Below, in pieces: positions 9,507 through 18,699 of a stretch of DNA of 64,000 nucleotides. Under the pieces are notes generated by a model that was given only the letters and a program-made list of their open reading frames with translations, was not told the origin of the DNA and made no database searches. How positions within the stretch are numbered: the stretch's first letter is position 1; the number at the start of each line of letters is the position of its first letter. The position numbers were made by a program, and so were the translations under genes. Source of the DNA: Kiritimatiellia bacterium (GTDB taxonomy: Bacteria > Verrucomicrobiota > Kiritimatiellia > JAQICX01); the NCBI GenBank assembly GCA_027858345.1, contig JAQICX010000242.1:2787-66786 (forward strand). The letters run 5' to 3'.

Positions 9507-10203
9507 TTAAAGTTCCACGGTTGTACGTTGCATAACCAAGCTCACTTCGCTAGTAGAATCAAGTGCTTCGAGTTTTTTAACAATATCTACCTGATAAGAC
9601 GGATCGACTAGCCTTACCTGATAAGAGTATTCAAGAAGATCTCCCTGAACAGCTTCGCGCATGCTAAGAAGCATATAGGCAGAACAACACTCGGTCAAAA
9701 TTGCATCAACTCCCACACGAGCAGTATCGCAATCTGCATTAACTAAAAATCGGAGCATCGCCTCATAGCGACGCCGAGTTGCAAATGGAGCCCAGTGAAG
9801 TAAAACAATAACTGAACTCAACAGAACACAGCCGACAACCGCAACCGAAAACATGCCGGCTCCACAGGCAATACCTAGCCCAAGCGCTGCAAACAGAAAC
9901 ATCATATCACGAGGATCTCGGACGACGGTTCTAAAACGAATCAGAGATAGAGCGCCAAGGACTCCAACACCACGGGCGATGCTGTCCCCCCATTGACATC
10001 ATTACCATACAGGTAATCATCCCTCCCAAAATTAGCGTATGTACAAAAGAGCGCGAATACGAGAGTGACTGAAAAGTAAGCTGATACAACTTTGCAATAA
10101 TTGAGCATAGTACAAAACTCAATAGCATTGCTGCAATCACATGTTGCAGACTCAGACTTTGTGCAGTGCCTACTGAAGATAAAAAACTAGACCAACTATT
10201 CAC
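9507..10203 (-). pseudogene. DUF4956-like membrane protein split by a frameshift at a C6/G6 homopolymer (9986-9991)
   Basis: Two adjacent ORFs (9931-10203 and 9507-9905). The downstream frame stays open back to 9999 and reads ...DSIARGVGVLGALSLIRFRTVVRDPRDMMFLF. A 1-nt shift in the cccccc run joins them into about 230 aa. Confidence 0.4.
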
Positions 10204-10218
10204 TATATATATTCTCCT

Positions 10219-11034
10219 TTATGTTAAAATTAATTGATCATCAAAAGGGGCTTCCCCCACACCTGTTAAAACGTTTTCCATCCATATGGCATTGGAATAT
10301 TTGCAATTGCCTCGACGTACCAGTTCAAATTCCTGCACGAGATCTAAAATCCAGATTGGAACATGTTCTGTACATTTGATTTCCATTACCAGCGATGATT
10401 CTCGACTACCATGAACCATTCCACTGTCCATGGTGATGAACCGACCTCCATCACCCCAGTTATACATATCGCGTGCTGGCTGATAGCAAAGCTTAGAATC
10501 GAAAGTGACTCTTGCATAAAAGTCTGACATACTTACGAATGCTTCGCGACTATAGCGAACATAAACCTGTGGTTCTGCTCCAAGCTCATTAGTAAGTCGT
10601 ACAAATTCACGAAAGGTCTCTCGCTCTTTGACCGTTTTAAGCTCCAATTCATCAACCCGTTTTTTAAGAATTCCTGGTGCCCAAGCATCTGTTGGAATGC
10701 AGGCACGCGATTTAATTACCTTATCGAAATATTTACGTTTGATTTCGAGAAATACAGGTGCTTTGCCTGGCGGATCACCATAAGTTCGCACCCGCAGTTT
10801 AAAGCGCTGTGGAGCTTCCCACTCTTTGGCAAAGTGTAATGAAAGTGCTGAATTGTCAAATTGTAGCGTAGTGATTGTGTAGTGTCCTCCTGCTGCAGCA
10901 CAATGCTTATCTTTCACACAATATGGACGTATAAAGTCTTTGATTGGCTCAACTAAATGACGTGGAATTATGTATTTTGCCTCGAAACGATCCAGCTCCG
11001 TGGAAAAATCAGAACTTCTATTTATACTATTCAT
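10219..11034 (-). CDS. VTC-domain (CYTH-like, polyphosphate polymerase domain) protein
   Basis: About 270 aa, soluble, with an N-terminal FEAKY and basic tunnel-type residues. Assigned partly from size and from its context with DUF4956 and CotH. Moderate confidence. Confidence 0.45.
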   Translation of the reverse strand: MNSINRSSDFSTELDRFEAKYIIPRHLVEPIKDFIRPYCVKDKHCAAAGGHYTITTLQFDNSALSLHFAKEWEAPQRFKLRVRTYGDPPGKAPVFLEIKRKYFDKVIKSRACIPTDAWAPGILKKRVDELELKTVKERETFREFVRLTNELGAEPQVYVRYSREAFVSMSDFYARVTFDSKLCYQPARDMYNWGDGGRFITMDSGMVHGSRESSLVMEIKCTEHVPIWILDLVQEFELVRRGNCKYSNAIWMENVLTGVGEAPFDDQLILT

Positions 11035-11896
11035 TATTTCTCCGAATTAGGGCGAAAGTATATTCCTTAGCATTCAATTTCATGGTGCAGGCTCTATAGA
11101 GCATGCCATTGTATCTTTTTTCTGTATTACCCATAAAGTTTATTTTTTTCATTATTCCACAGTTAGTATACGAATATTTGTAAAAATATTATCAACATAA
11201 AGTGTAAATTTAAGAGGTTTCACAATCCATTTTGACACCAAAGTAAAAATACAGAACCCCCTATATAAAAGCATACTATAATAAAATACTTGGTAATGCA
11301 ATGGCGTAATTTATTGTTAACATAAATAAAACATAAAAAACACAAAAACATAATACTATAATGATATATTAATAAAAAAAAATTTAACAGTGATTTCTCT
11401 TATTATCACTATAAAGATACTTAGAGCGGCAAAGCCAGCTACTATCGTTTATCAACGGCTTGCTCCGCAAGCGGCCGTCCCACTTTCTTAACTCTTATCC
11501 CATAACTCTTACCTGTTACTAACCATATTGTCGTCGTAGAAATGGGGTTGTTTCCTTCAAAATTAAACATGTACAAAGTACAGGCAGGCAACCCGTCTGG
11601 GAATATCATGACGAGGTGACAAAATATCAGCGGGTGCAGCAATGCCCCGCTTCTTTCATGCAGTAAAATATCAAGTCAGTCATAACCGAATGAGAAATCT
11701 TACGATCAGCTAGACATTTTTTAAATCAATTTAATGCAAAAATTACTCAAACGGTCGCAACCTCTGTATCTCTCTATGATGTCTTCGCTAATCCAGCTAC
11801 TTGTTAAGTAGCTGGACGATGACATCGTGGAAATACGACCTTTTTGTACCGCTTTAATTTGAACATGCCGTACCTTTTTAATTTGATCCGCAACGG

Positions 11897-14800
11897 CTAC
11901 GGCTCAAGCTCAAGCCAGACACGACCGCGGAAGAAGTTTCCCGGTGCTTCGTCTATCCGGTTGGTATAGCTGACGGATTGTCCCTCGCCCGCCATCTTGG
12001 ACAGCCCAGTCACCTTCTGCCAGACACCAGTCGTCAGATCGTCCGCCTGCTCTAGTGCATAGTACCGAAGGCCACCCAAGCCGTAGAAACCGCCGGCTGG
12101 CACAGTCGGGAAAGACACCACCGCTGTTCCGTTGCTCATGCCGATCCCGAGCCGGAACACGCTTTGCGAGTTCACTGCGTCTGTTCCCGCCACGTACTCC
12201 TGTGCATTGGGTGCTCCGTCGCCGTCCAAGTCCGCCTGTTCGTGTTCTGCAAACTGATTCGTCCAGGCTGGATTAAGCTGGTTCAGCCACGCCTCCGGTA
12301 TGCCGGAAGCCGTCAGATTGGCCAGAAAATCGGCTGACAGGGCATGTTCGTCCCACACATTCGTAAACGCGACGTTCATCAGAGGCCCTGTTGCAAGCCC
12401 ATCCAACATCACCGAGCCGACTCCATAGAACTGGTCGGGCAGAACCACGATATTGGTCGAAGCCCCCACAGGAACCAACACGTCACCTTCAGGCACAACT
12501 CGTCCATGTGAACCGGACTCAGCCGTAATCTTGCGGTACAGCATTGAGTTGTAGGTATCGACCACAATATCATCGACCTGTCCCTCACCCGAGAAGCCGA
12601 CGCTGCTCAAGTAATTGCGATTCGTATTAGCCGCCGCGTACCATACGGACGGATGCGTCACGGGAATGCGGTTGACCCAGATCCGGAACCCGAAGGCTCC
12701 GTTCAAATCGCGGGCATAGTCCGCCATCAGGGTCAGCCGGTTAAAATCGTTCGACGAGACAACTACATCCGTCAATTCGCTACACCGGTTCGTACTGCCA
12801 GCCTGGCCATGCCATACTATTAATTTCTGGTCGCTGTTAACCCAAAGGGCGATCTGCGCCTCTGGAGTAATTTCGACCGGCACCTCATCCTCACCAGGAT
12901 TGAACGCCATGAGCATATCCACACAGACATTGTCCAGCACATCTGTCTGCTCGAACTGCTGAGTAATGCCTCTGTTGAAGGACAGGCCCTGCTTATGCGA
13001 GCCTGCAATCGGACTGTCACCCGGCTCCGCAGCCGTATACCTGTTGGTTTCAACCACTGCGCACTGAGGATCATAACCCTGCCACCCCCCTATGCCGTTC
13101 AACAACGAACCGAGTTCATAATTTTCAAAGGATTCCTTGTAAGGCAAACTATTTGGTGGGTTTACATCGGTGACAGTCACGGTAACGAAACGATTCGTCA
13201 CCAACTGCCCGTAAATCATCGTCAGCATCAATTCATACGTGCCAAGGTGCGTGAAAAACGCCTCCGCATCGGCCTGCGTTGGATTCTCCAACACGACCGA
13301 AGAGTCTCCTGGAGAAGACCAGATAAAGTGGACGGAATTCGTCATCCCGCTCAAAACCTCCGCCGACGCATGCAGACCAACACGATTTGTAAACGTCAGA
13401 TTGACTGTCGAGTTCACCTGTGCCGTAAAAGCAGGGATGTTCGTGTAAACCATAATCCATACCACCGGCGATAGGGCGTCACCCTCGTCATCAATCAGTC
13501 GTGCCGAGAGTGTTCTAACACCCTCGCGTGCCTCCAATGCAATAGTCGCAGTGTACGGAGCGGATGAATCGCTGGCCACATTCGTCCCATCAATAGCAAA
13601 AACCACCTGACTTACCGTGCCAATGATAAAGGCCGGATCCACTTCCGCCGTCACCGTAATCGAAACAGGCGACAGGAATCCAGTATTAGCCAGAGGAGCT
13701 ATCACAGCAACCTTGGCCGGGCCGTATCCAGGGGTCGGATAAATTCCAGCCACCCAACTCGCCGGGTCATCCCCGCTACTCCGACCAGTAAGATGTGTCA
13801 GTGCTCGCCCCGTACCGTCCGCTTCCGCAGGCCAAGGTGCCGCATCGTAATACGTAACCTGGTCAATCACATGCCAGGAAATGTCTTCGATCGGCGCCGG
13901 CGGATCACCAAATACCGGCCGCTCCAGTCGCACGGCGTCGGTCTTGTTGTTCAGTTGCCCGCTATACGGACCCAGCATGCGAATCTGCCCGTTGGACAGC
14001 CCGTAGGCGTCCAGGAAAGCGGTTCGCTTTGCGATGTTGTTCGAGGGATCAAATGATACTACAACCAACCGCTCGCCTGCCGACAAAACCGTATTGCTGG
14101 GAAACAGATACCCGATGCCACCAGCCAGACGCCAAGCACCCCCCACGTCGTTGACGATGTTCGTCAAAGCGATTGCCTGCGCCGTCGGGTTGTACAACTC
14201 GACGAATTCGTCGTTTTCGTTGTTCTCAGGATTAGCTGTAGTCGGCTTGGGATGGTACATGATCTCGGAGATTACCACGCTGGCGGCGGTCAACCGGTTC
14301 GAGGCGCCGGGCGTCGGGACGCCATAGAACCAGGACGCCGCCCCGTCGGGATACCGGATCAGCGGCACGCCATTCTCCTCGCCCTTGATGGACACGGCGT
14401 CCACCACGCGGTCCGTCGCTCCCGTGCCCATGCCCGGCAGGTAGGACAACAGCACCTGCTCGTCCGCCTTGTTCAGGCCGAACCCGTTGGTGATCGGATT
14501 ATGAAAATCATGGATTTCGTCAAAATAACGCCACTCGTGTGCCGCGAGCGTGTTGGTCGCCGGAATCGCCCACTTGGTCAGTTCCTCCAGATCGTCGCTC
14601 AGATACCACCCGGAACCCAGCGGGATCGGAGCCGCGGTCACGTTGTATAGTTCGATACCGTCGTTGGAGTCGTAGGGCGGGCTGTCGATGTCCGTGTGTG
14701 CCAAAATCTCGTTCAGCACCAGCGATGCGGCGGGCGCAACCGGCTCGGCCTCGCCCGGCGACCCGCCAATGTAGACACTGGCCTTCCAGTTGCCGGGATA

Positions 14801-17800
14801 GTCCAGTTCGCCGTCCGCCTGCGTCACGTCTGACAGCGGTACAAGCGAATGCCCCGCGCCGTCGGCCGCCGGCAGCCACTTGTCATTGTAAGTGAACGAC
14901 ACCACGTTGCGACCGAGCGCGTCTTCGATCTCGATCTTCTCGCCGGCGTTGTCGAGACTGGTTGACGGAAAGACGAACGCGCCGGCGATCTTGCCGACAG
15001 CCACCGTCGGATACCTGTTCGTGAACGCAATGATGTTCTTGACCACCAGCACATACTCGTCGGGATTCAGGACGGTTACGGCGCTCTCCGTGAAATCGAA
15101 CGCCACGCCCTGGGTGAAATGCAGACCGGTTAGACCGATGGGCGCGGTGCCGGCGTTCTGCAACTCGATGAATTCGTCGTCGCCGTCCAGACAGCTTTCG
15201 CCGCCGACCGATACCGGCTGGCGCGGGTGAAACATCAGCTCCGTCACCCGCAGGTCCGGCTTGTCGGCCAGCGTGAACACCGCCTCGGTCAGGGCACTCC
15301 ACTCGCCACCCGCCGAGAGCGCACGGGCCTTGACGTGCACCGTGCGCGTCAACGGCACGGCCGCGGAATACAACGTCCCCGTCGCCGCTCCCGTGCCATA
15401 CTGACGCGGATCGGAGCCGTCCAGCGTGTAGTAAATCGGGTTCCCAGCGGTCACAACCAAATTAAAGCTGTTGTCGAACAGGCCACCAAATTGGCTGAAC
15501 TCTGGTGCGTCCACGGCAGGATAAAGTCCATTAGCTTTCAGCATCTGCATGAATATCGCCGGACGCAGAGGCAAGAACGTATTCAACACGTAGTTGCGCA
15601 TAACGCGCCACTGCTCGACCGTATGAGCAGCCTGACCGTCCTGGTCTCCCCAACGTGCACTCTCTGCAACAATGGCCTGCTCAACCTCTTCCGATAGTGC
15701 CTGATAACGTGCAATTGTGACCTCCGGTGTCAATTGCCCGCCATTAAAAAGATATTTATGCACACGGTCGGCGAACCGCAACTTGTATTCCGCATTCCCA
15801 ACCAACCGACCCTGAATCACGGCTACGCCATTGATATCGCCGATCTTGTCAGTATTGAGTGTGCTCCTGTCCAACCCCAATGCCATTTCGGCATCCCAGA
15901 CACCAAACTTGAATCCTGTACTCGCCGAATCGTTCCTGTCGCGGAATGCCCGCCAGTTATTCCCCGGCCAGTCATCAACCGCTAATGCATACTGCACGAT
16001 CATATAGTCAATGTAATTCCCAACATCCAGATAGATTGGATAAGCCAGATTACGCGTGCCGTCCTCATTGTTGCCCTGCACCTTCTGATATGCCGTGTTG
16101 CTACCCTGACCGTTGGCCAGCTCGTCCAGCATAACGTTCCAAGCCGTACCATTGCCGTCTTCTACTCCATCCTGACTGATCACATCCCACGTATCGTCCC
16201 GTCCGCCGCAATAAGAGGCTGCAAACTCACCAGAAATATGTTCCGTCATATTGTAGAGTCCCCAATACAAACCGTTCAAATAAAGATGGACAAAAGTGCC
16301 GTGCGGAGAAACCCCGCCCATGGTAAGATGCGTACGCCGGACGAACTCATCAACAATATACTGCGTCCTTTCATGCCCACTGCTGTTCCAACCGTCATTG
16401 GCCCCAGAACGCAATACAAGATCGTTGAAAGAGCTGACTGCGTTGCCTGAAAAAAGATTTTCCTTCAGATGACCCTCACCATAGATGCTTCTGAACTGAA
16501 ACGTGAACGACTTCTTTCTTGTGGCACCCATGTCCCTGAAATAGCCGCCCTGAACCCGCAAACCGCAATCAATCTGAAACTTGCTGGTGTTGTCAACCTT
16601 GATAAACTCAACCGAAGCCTCGCGTTCCCAATTGTCGCCAGTTCCGAAGGGATTGACGTAAATGCCGGTCGACGAGTCGAACAAGTTCGCCTGGGGCGTC
16701 ACCACAGATATGGTGGGCAGGGAAGTCAGTGCGTTTGTCAGAGCTGCACTGGAACTCGACACGATAATCTGATCCATGCCGTAGTCAGCCGCGGTGCCGT
16801 TCCAATCTGTCGGCCAACCGGACGGCGTTGCGGACTGGCTCAAAACGTCGTCCAGCACGATATAGCTATGGGTATCAATACCCGAGGGCACCCAATCACT
16901 CTTAAATGCAGCCGCACGGATGATGGCGGTGTTAACAAAATTGAACGGTGACGAATAGAGTGAACTGGTGACCGTCGGTTGCTCGGCATTGGTCGTGTAC
17001 CGGATCTGGACTTCGGACATGTCGCAACTCGCCGTCACCTCCGGCACGGCGGTGGTGTACACGCCTCGCTTCAGAGAAAACTTGACCCCGGCCACCTCGT
17101 TACTGGGACTGGAAAACGCATTACCATCCCCCGGCGTCGGCTCAGCAAAATAGCGATACTCCCCGGTGAGACCGATACCGTAGGACATATCGTCGTATTG
17201 CTGGGGGAATTCCGGCACATACTCCGAGAGCACGGTGACACCGTCCGCCTTCACCAGCGCCAGATACTCGCCGTCGCCGCTCAGTTTGAAGTTGGCGTGC
17301 AACTCGTTGTTGGTCACCGAGTACGACTTGTCGTCGGCCCAGACCAGCAGGTAGCCTTTGCCGGGAATGGTAGACGCCGAACCAGCGGGAAACTGCCACT
17401 TCGTAGGCGTAGCCACCTTGTCCGTCAAATACCAACCGGCCAACGACACGCTGGAAGAATTCGGATTGTACAATTCGACCCAATCCCCATACTTGTCCAG
17501 CGAGTTCTTGATCGTCGTGTCATTGAGTGCCATGAATTCGTTTATGACGATATTGGTCACCACATCGGGCAGCCCGGCAATCAGTTCGGGAAGAATCAGC
17601 ATGTCAGAACTTGAACCGAGATTTAACGAGTGAACTGCTAGCACATTAGTGCCGGTCGTCAACTGTGGAAGGAATGACGTAATGTCGTAATTCTGGAAAA
17701 TCATTGCCTGGCTGTCGTCGTGACTGGCCGATGCTCGCGTATCCCAACTGGCTCCAGCCGGTGCATTGACGCGTGCGACTTCAACGCCGTTCAAATAGGC

Positions 17801-18265
17801 AATAAAACCATCATCGTACTTGACTCGCAACGTCAAGGATAAGTAAGTCTTGCCTGTCGAAACTTCGAACGGGAAACGGGTGTAAATAGCAATTGTGTTG
17901 TTTAACACTGTGGTGCCAAATAGTGCTTTATAGGTCTGATTATTGTCGTACCCCAAACCGCTGTGGCCGAAGTTCCACGTTGAATCGTTGAAGGCAGGTG
18001 CAGTCCAGTTCGTGCCGTCCAAACCATTCGCCGGCACCTGATACTGGCATGCAGCACCGGATGCCACCAGGGGCTCGTCCAGCGCCAACACCGAGCCGGC
18101 AGCAAGCCCAATACCCATCGCAATAAGAAGTGTCAACAAAAGCCCCAGCCGTTTCATACACCTTTGCATCATTGCCGATAGCATCCAATAGCCCGAACAG
18201 AAACGGTCGACCGACTCGTAGTTCTGCGTGCACAGAATTCGTTCCATGTTTGTCATTTCATTCAT
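11897..18265 (-). CDS. giant secreted CotH-family (atypical protein kinase fold) protein with four lamin-tail domains and a C-terminal Ca-binding-like DLDGDG repeat
   Basis: Four LTD signatures: INEFMA...WVELYNPN...LAGWYLTD, VTELMFHP...EFIELQN, VLNEILAH...GIELYN, VISEIMYHP...EFVELYNP. CotH core: LRSGANDGWN...TQYIVDEF...HLYLNGLYWGLYN. Signal peptide MKRLGLLLTLLIAMGIGLAAGSVLA. GC content is far above the flanks. Confidence 0.65.
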   Translation of the reverse strand: MNEMTNMERILCTQNYESVDRFCSGYWMLSAMMQRCMKRLGLLLTLLIAMGIGLAAGSVLALDEPLVASGAACQYQVPANGLDGTNWTAPAFNDSTWNFGHSGLGYDNNQTYKALFGTTVLNNTIAIYTRFPFEVSTGKTYLSLTLRVKYDDGFIAYLNGVEVARVNAPAGASWDTRASASHDDSQAMIFQNYDITSFLPQLTTGTNVLAVHSLNLGSSSDMLILPELIAGLPDVVTNIVINEFMALNDTTIKNSLDKYGDWVELYNPNSSSVSLAGWYLTDKVATPTKWQFPAGSASTIPGKGYLLVWADDKSYSVTNNELHANFKLSGDGEYLALVKADGVTVLSEYVPEFPQQYDDMSYGIGLTGEYRYFAEPTPGDGNAFSSPSNEVAGVKFSLKRGVYTTAVPEVTASCDMSEVQIRYTTNAEQPTVTSSLYSSPFNFVNTAIIRAAAFKSDWVPSGIDTHSYIVLDDVLSQSATPSGWPTDWNGTAADYGMDQIIVSSSSAALTNALTSLPTISVVTPQANLFDSSTGIYVNPFGTGDNWEREASVEFIKVDNTSKFQIDCGLRVQGGYFRDMGATRKKSFTFQFRSIYGEGHLKENLFSGNAVSSFNDLVLRSGANDGWNSSGHERTQYIVDEFVRRTHLTMGGVSPHGTFVHLYLNGLYWGLYNMTEHISGEFAASYCGGRDDTWDVISQDGVEDGNGTAWNVMLDELANGQGSNTAYQKVQGNNEDGTRNLAYPIYLDVGNYIDYMIVQYALAVDDWPGNNWRAFRDRNDSASTGFKFGVWDAEMALGLDRSTLNTDKIGDINGVAVIQGRLVGNAEYKLRFADRVHKYLFNGGQLTPEVTIARYQALSEEVEQAIVAESARWGDQDGQAAHTVEQWRVMRNYVLNTFLPLRPAIFMQMLKANGLYPAVDAPEFSQFGGLFDNSFNLVVTAGNPIYYTLDGSDPRQYGTGAATGTLYSAAVPLTRTVHVKARALSAGGEWSALTEAVFTLADKPDLRVTELMFHPRQPVSVGGESCLDGDDEFIELQNAGTAPIGLTGLHFTQGVAFDFTESAVTVLNPDEYVLVVKNIIAFTNRYPTVAVGKIAGAFVFPSTSLDNAGEKIEIEDALGRNVVSFTYNDKWLPAADGAGHSLVPLSDVTQADGELDYPGNWKASVYIGGSPGEAEPVAPAASLVLNEILAHTDIDSPPYDSNDGIELYNVTAAPIPLGSGWYLSDDLEELTKWAIPATNTLAAHEWRYFDEIHDFHNPITNGFGLNKADEQVLLSYLPGMGTGATDRVVDAVSIKGEENGVPLIRYPDGAASWFYGVPTPGASNRLTAASVVISEIMYHPKPTTANPENNENDEFVELYNPTAQAIALTNIVNDVGGAWRLAGGIGYLFPSNTVLSAGERLVVVSFDPSNNIAKRTAFLDAYGLSNGQIRMLGPYSGQLNNKTDAVRLERPVFGDPPAPIEDISWHVIDQVTYYDAAPWPAEADGTGRALTHLTGRSSGDDPASWVAGIYPTPGYGPAKVAVIAPLANTGFLSPVSITVTAEVDPAFIIGTVSQVVFAIDGTNVASDSSAPYTATIALEAREGVRTLSARLIDDEGDALSPVVWIMVYTNIPAFTAQVNSTVNLTFTNRVGLHASAEVLSGMTNSVHFIWSSPGDSSVVLENPTQADAEAFFTHLGTYELMLTMIYGQLVTNRFVTVTVTDVNPPNSLPYKESFENYELGSLLNGIGGWQGYDPQCAVVETNRYTAAEPGDSPIAGSHKQGLSFNRGITQQFEQTDVLDNVCVDMLMAFNPGEDEVPVEITPEAQIALWVNSDQKLIVWHGQAGSTNRCSELTDVVVSSNDFNRLTLMADYARDLNGAFGFRIWVNRIPVTHPSVWYAAANTNRNYLSSVGFSGEGQVDDIVVDTYNSMLYRKITAESGSHGRVVPEGDVLVPVGASTNIVVLPDQFYGVGSVMLDGLATGPLMNVAFTNVWDEHALSADFLANLTASGIPEAWLNQLNPAWTNQFAEHEQADLDGDGAPNAQEYVAGTDAVNSQSVFRLGIGMSNGTAVVSFPTVPAGGFYGLGGLRYYALEQADDLTTGVWQKVTGLSKMAGEGQSVSYTNRIDEAPGNFFRGRVWLELEP

Positions 18266-18500
18266 AGTGTTTTTTCTTTTTTTTAATTTTACAATCCACC
18301 GTGATGAAAACTTTTTCTAAAAGTTTTTCTCGCTAACGTGTTAAGCTCACGGGCGGCGGTACGCCGTACCGTGAAGCGATTTGTTAAAATTTATTTTCTA
18401 TTTTCGAATACTGATTTACTAAAAACTAATAACTTTTACTCACCAATTAAAACAAATTTTTTAAATCTTTTAAATCTTTTTTTTAACAATTATTATACGA

Positions 18501-18660
18501 CCTTAATTTTTCGGTTGAACACACTTTTTGGCGGGGTCACGGACCCCGACCCTACAGTTGCGGATGCTGCAACCAAAGCTAAATCCTTGATTTGCAAGTA
18601 TTTTGTAGGGTCGGGGTGCTTCACCCCGCCAGCCAAGGCATTCAATCTAAAAATTGAGGT
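18501..18660. repeat. BIME-type MITE: two inverted GTAG-REPs (ggcggggtcacggaccccgaccctacag / tgtagggtcggggtgcttcaccccgcc) flanked by TIR ccttaatttttcggttgaa ... tcaatctaaaaattgagg
   Basis: Read directly from the sequence. An inverted, partly degraded copy lies at 22541-22745. Confidence 0.65.
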
Positions 18661-18699
18661 ATTTATTTGAACTGTACACTTTTTATAGGAGACAAAAAA

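Noticed and set aside
11897-18265. About 25 ORFs of 60-210 aa on both strands inside the CotH gene (e.g. 16469-16951, 14883-15302, 16979-17614)
   Set aside because: They lie within or antisense to a long, motif-supported 2122-aa ORF in very GC-rich DNA, where stop codons are rare in all frames. The translations are Arg/Pro/Ala-rich low-complexity sequence.
18338-18670. ORFs inside repeat elements encoding a conserved peptide ...FGGVTDPDPTVADA... (also 22534-22728 and 31858-32076)
   Set aside because: The conservation comes from the GTAG-REP DNA (ggcggggtcacggaccccgaccctacag) being translated in the same frame. There is no start context, and the ORFs span palindromes and TIRs.
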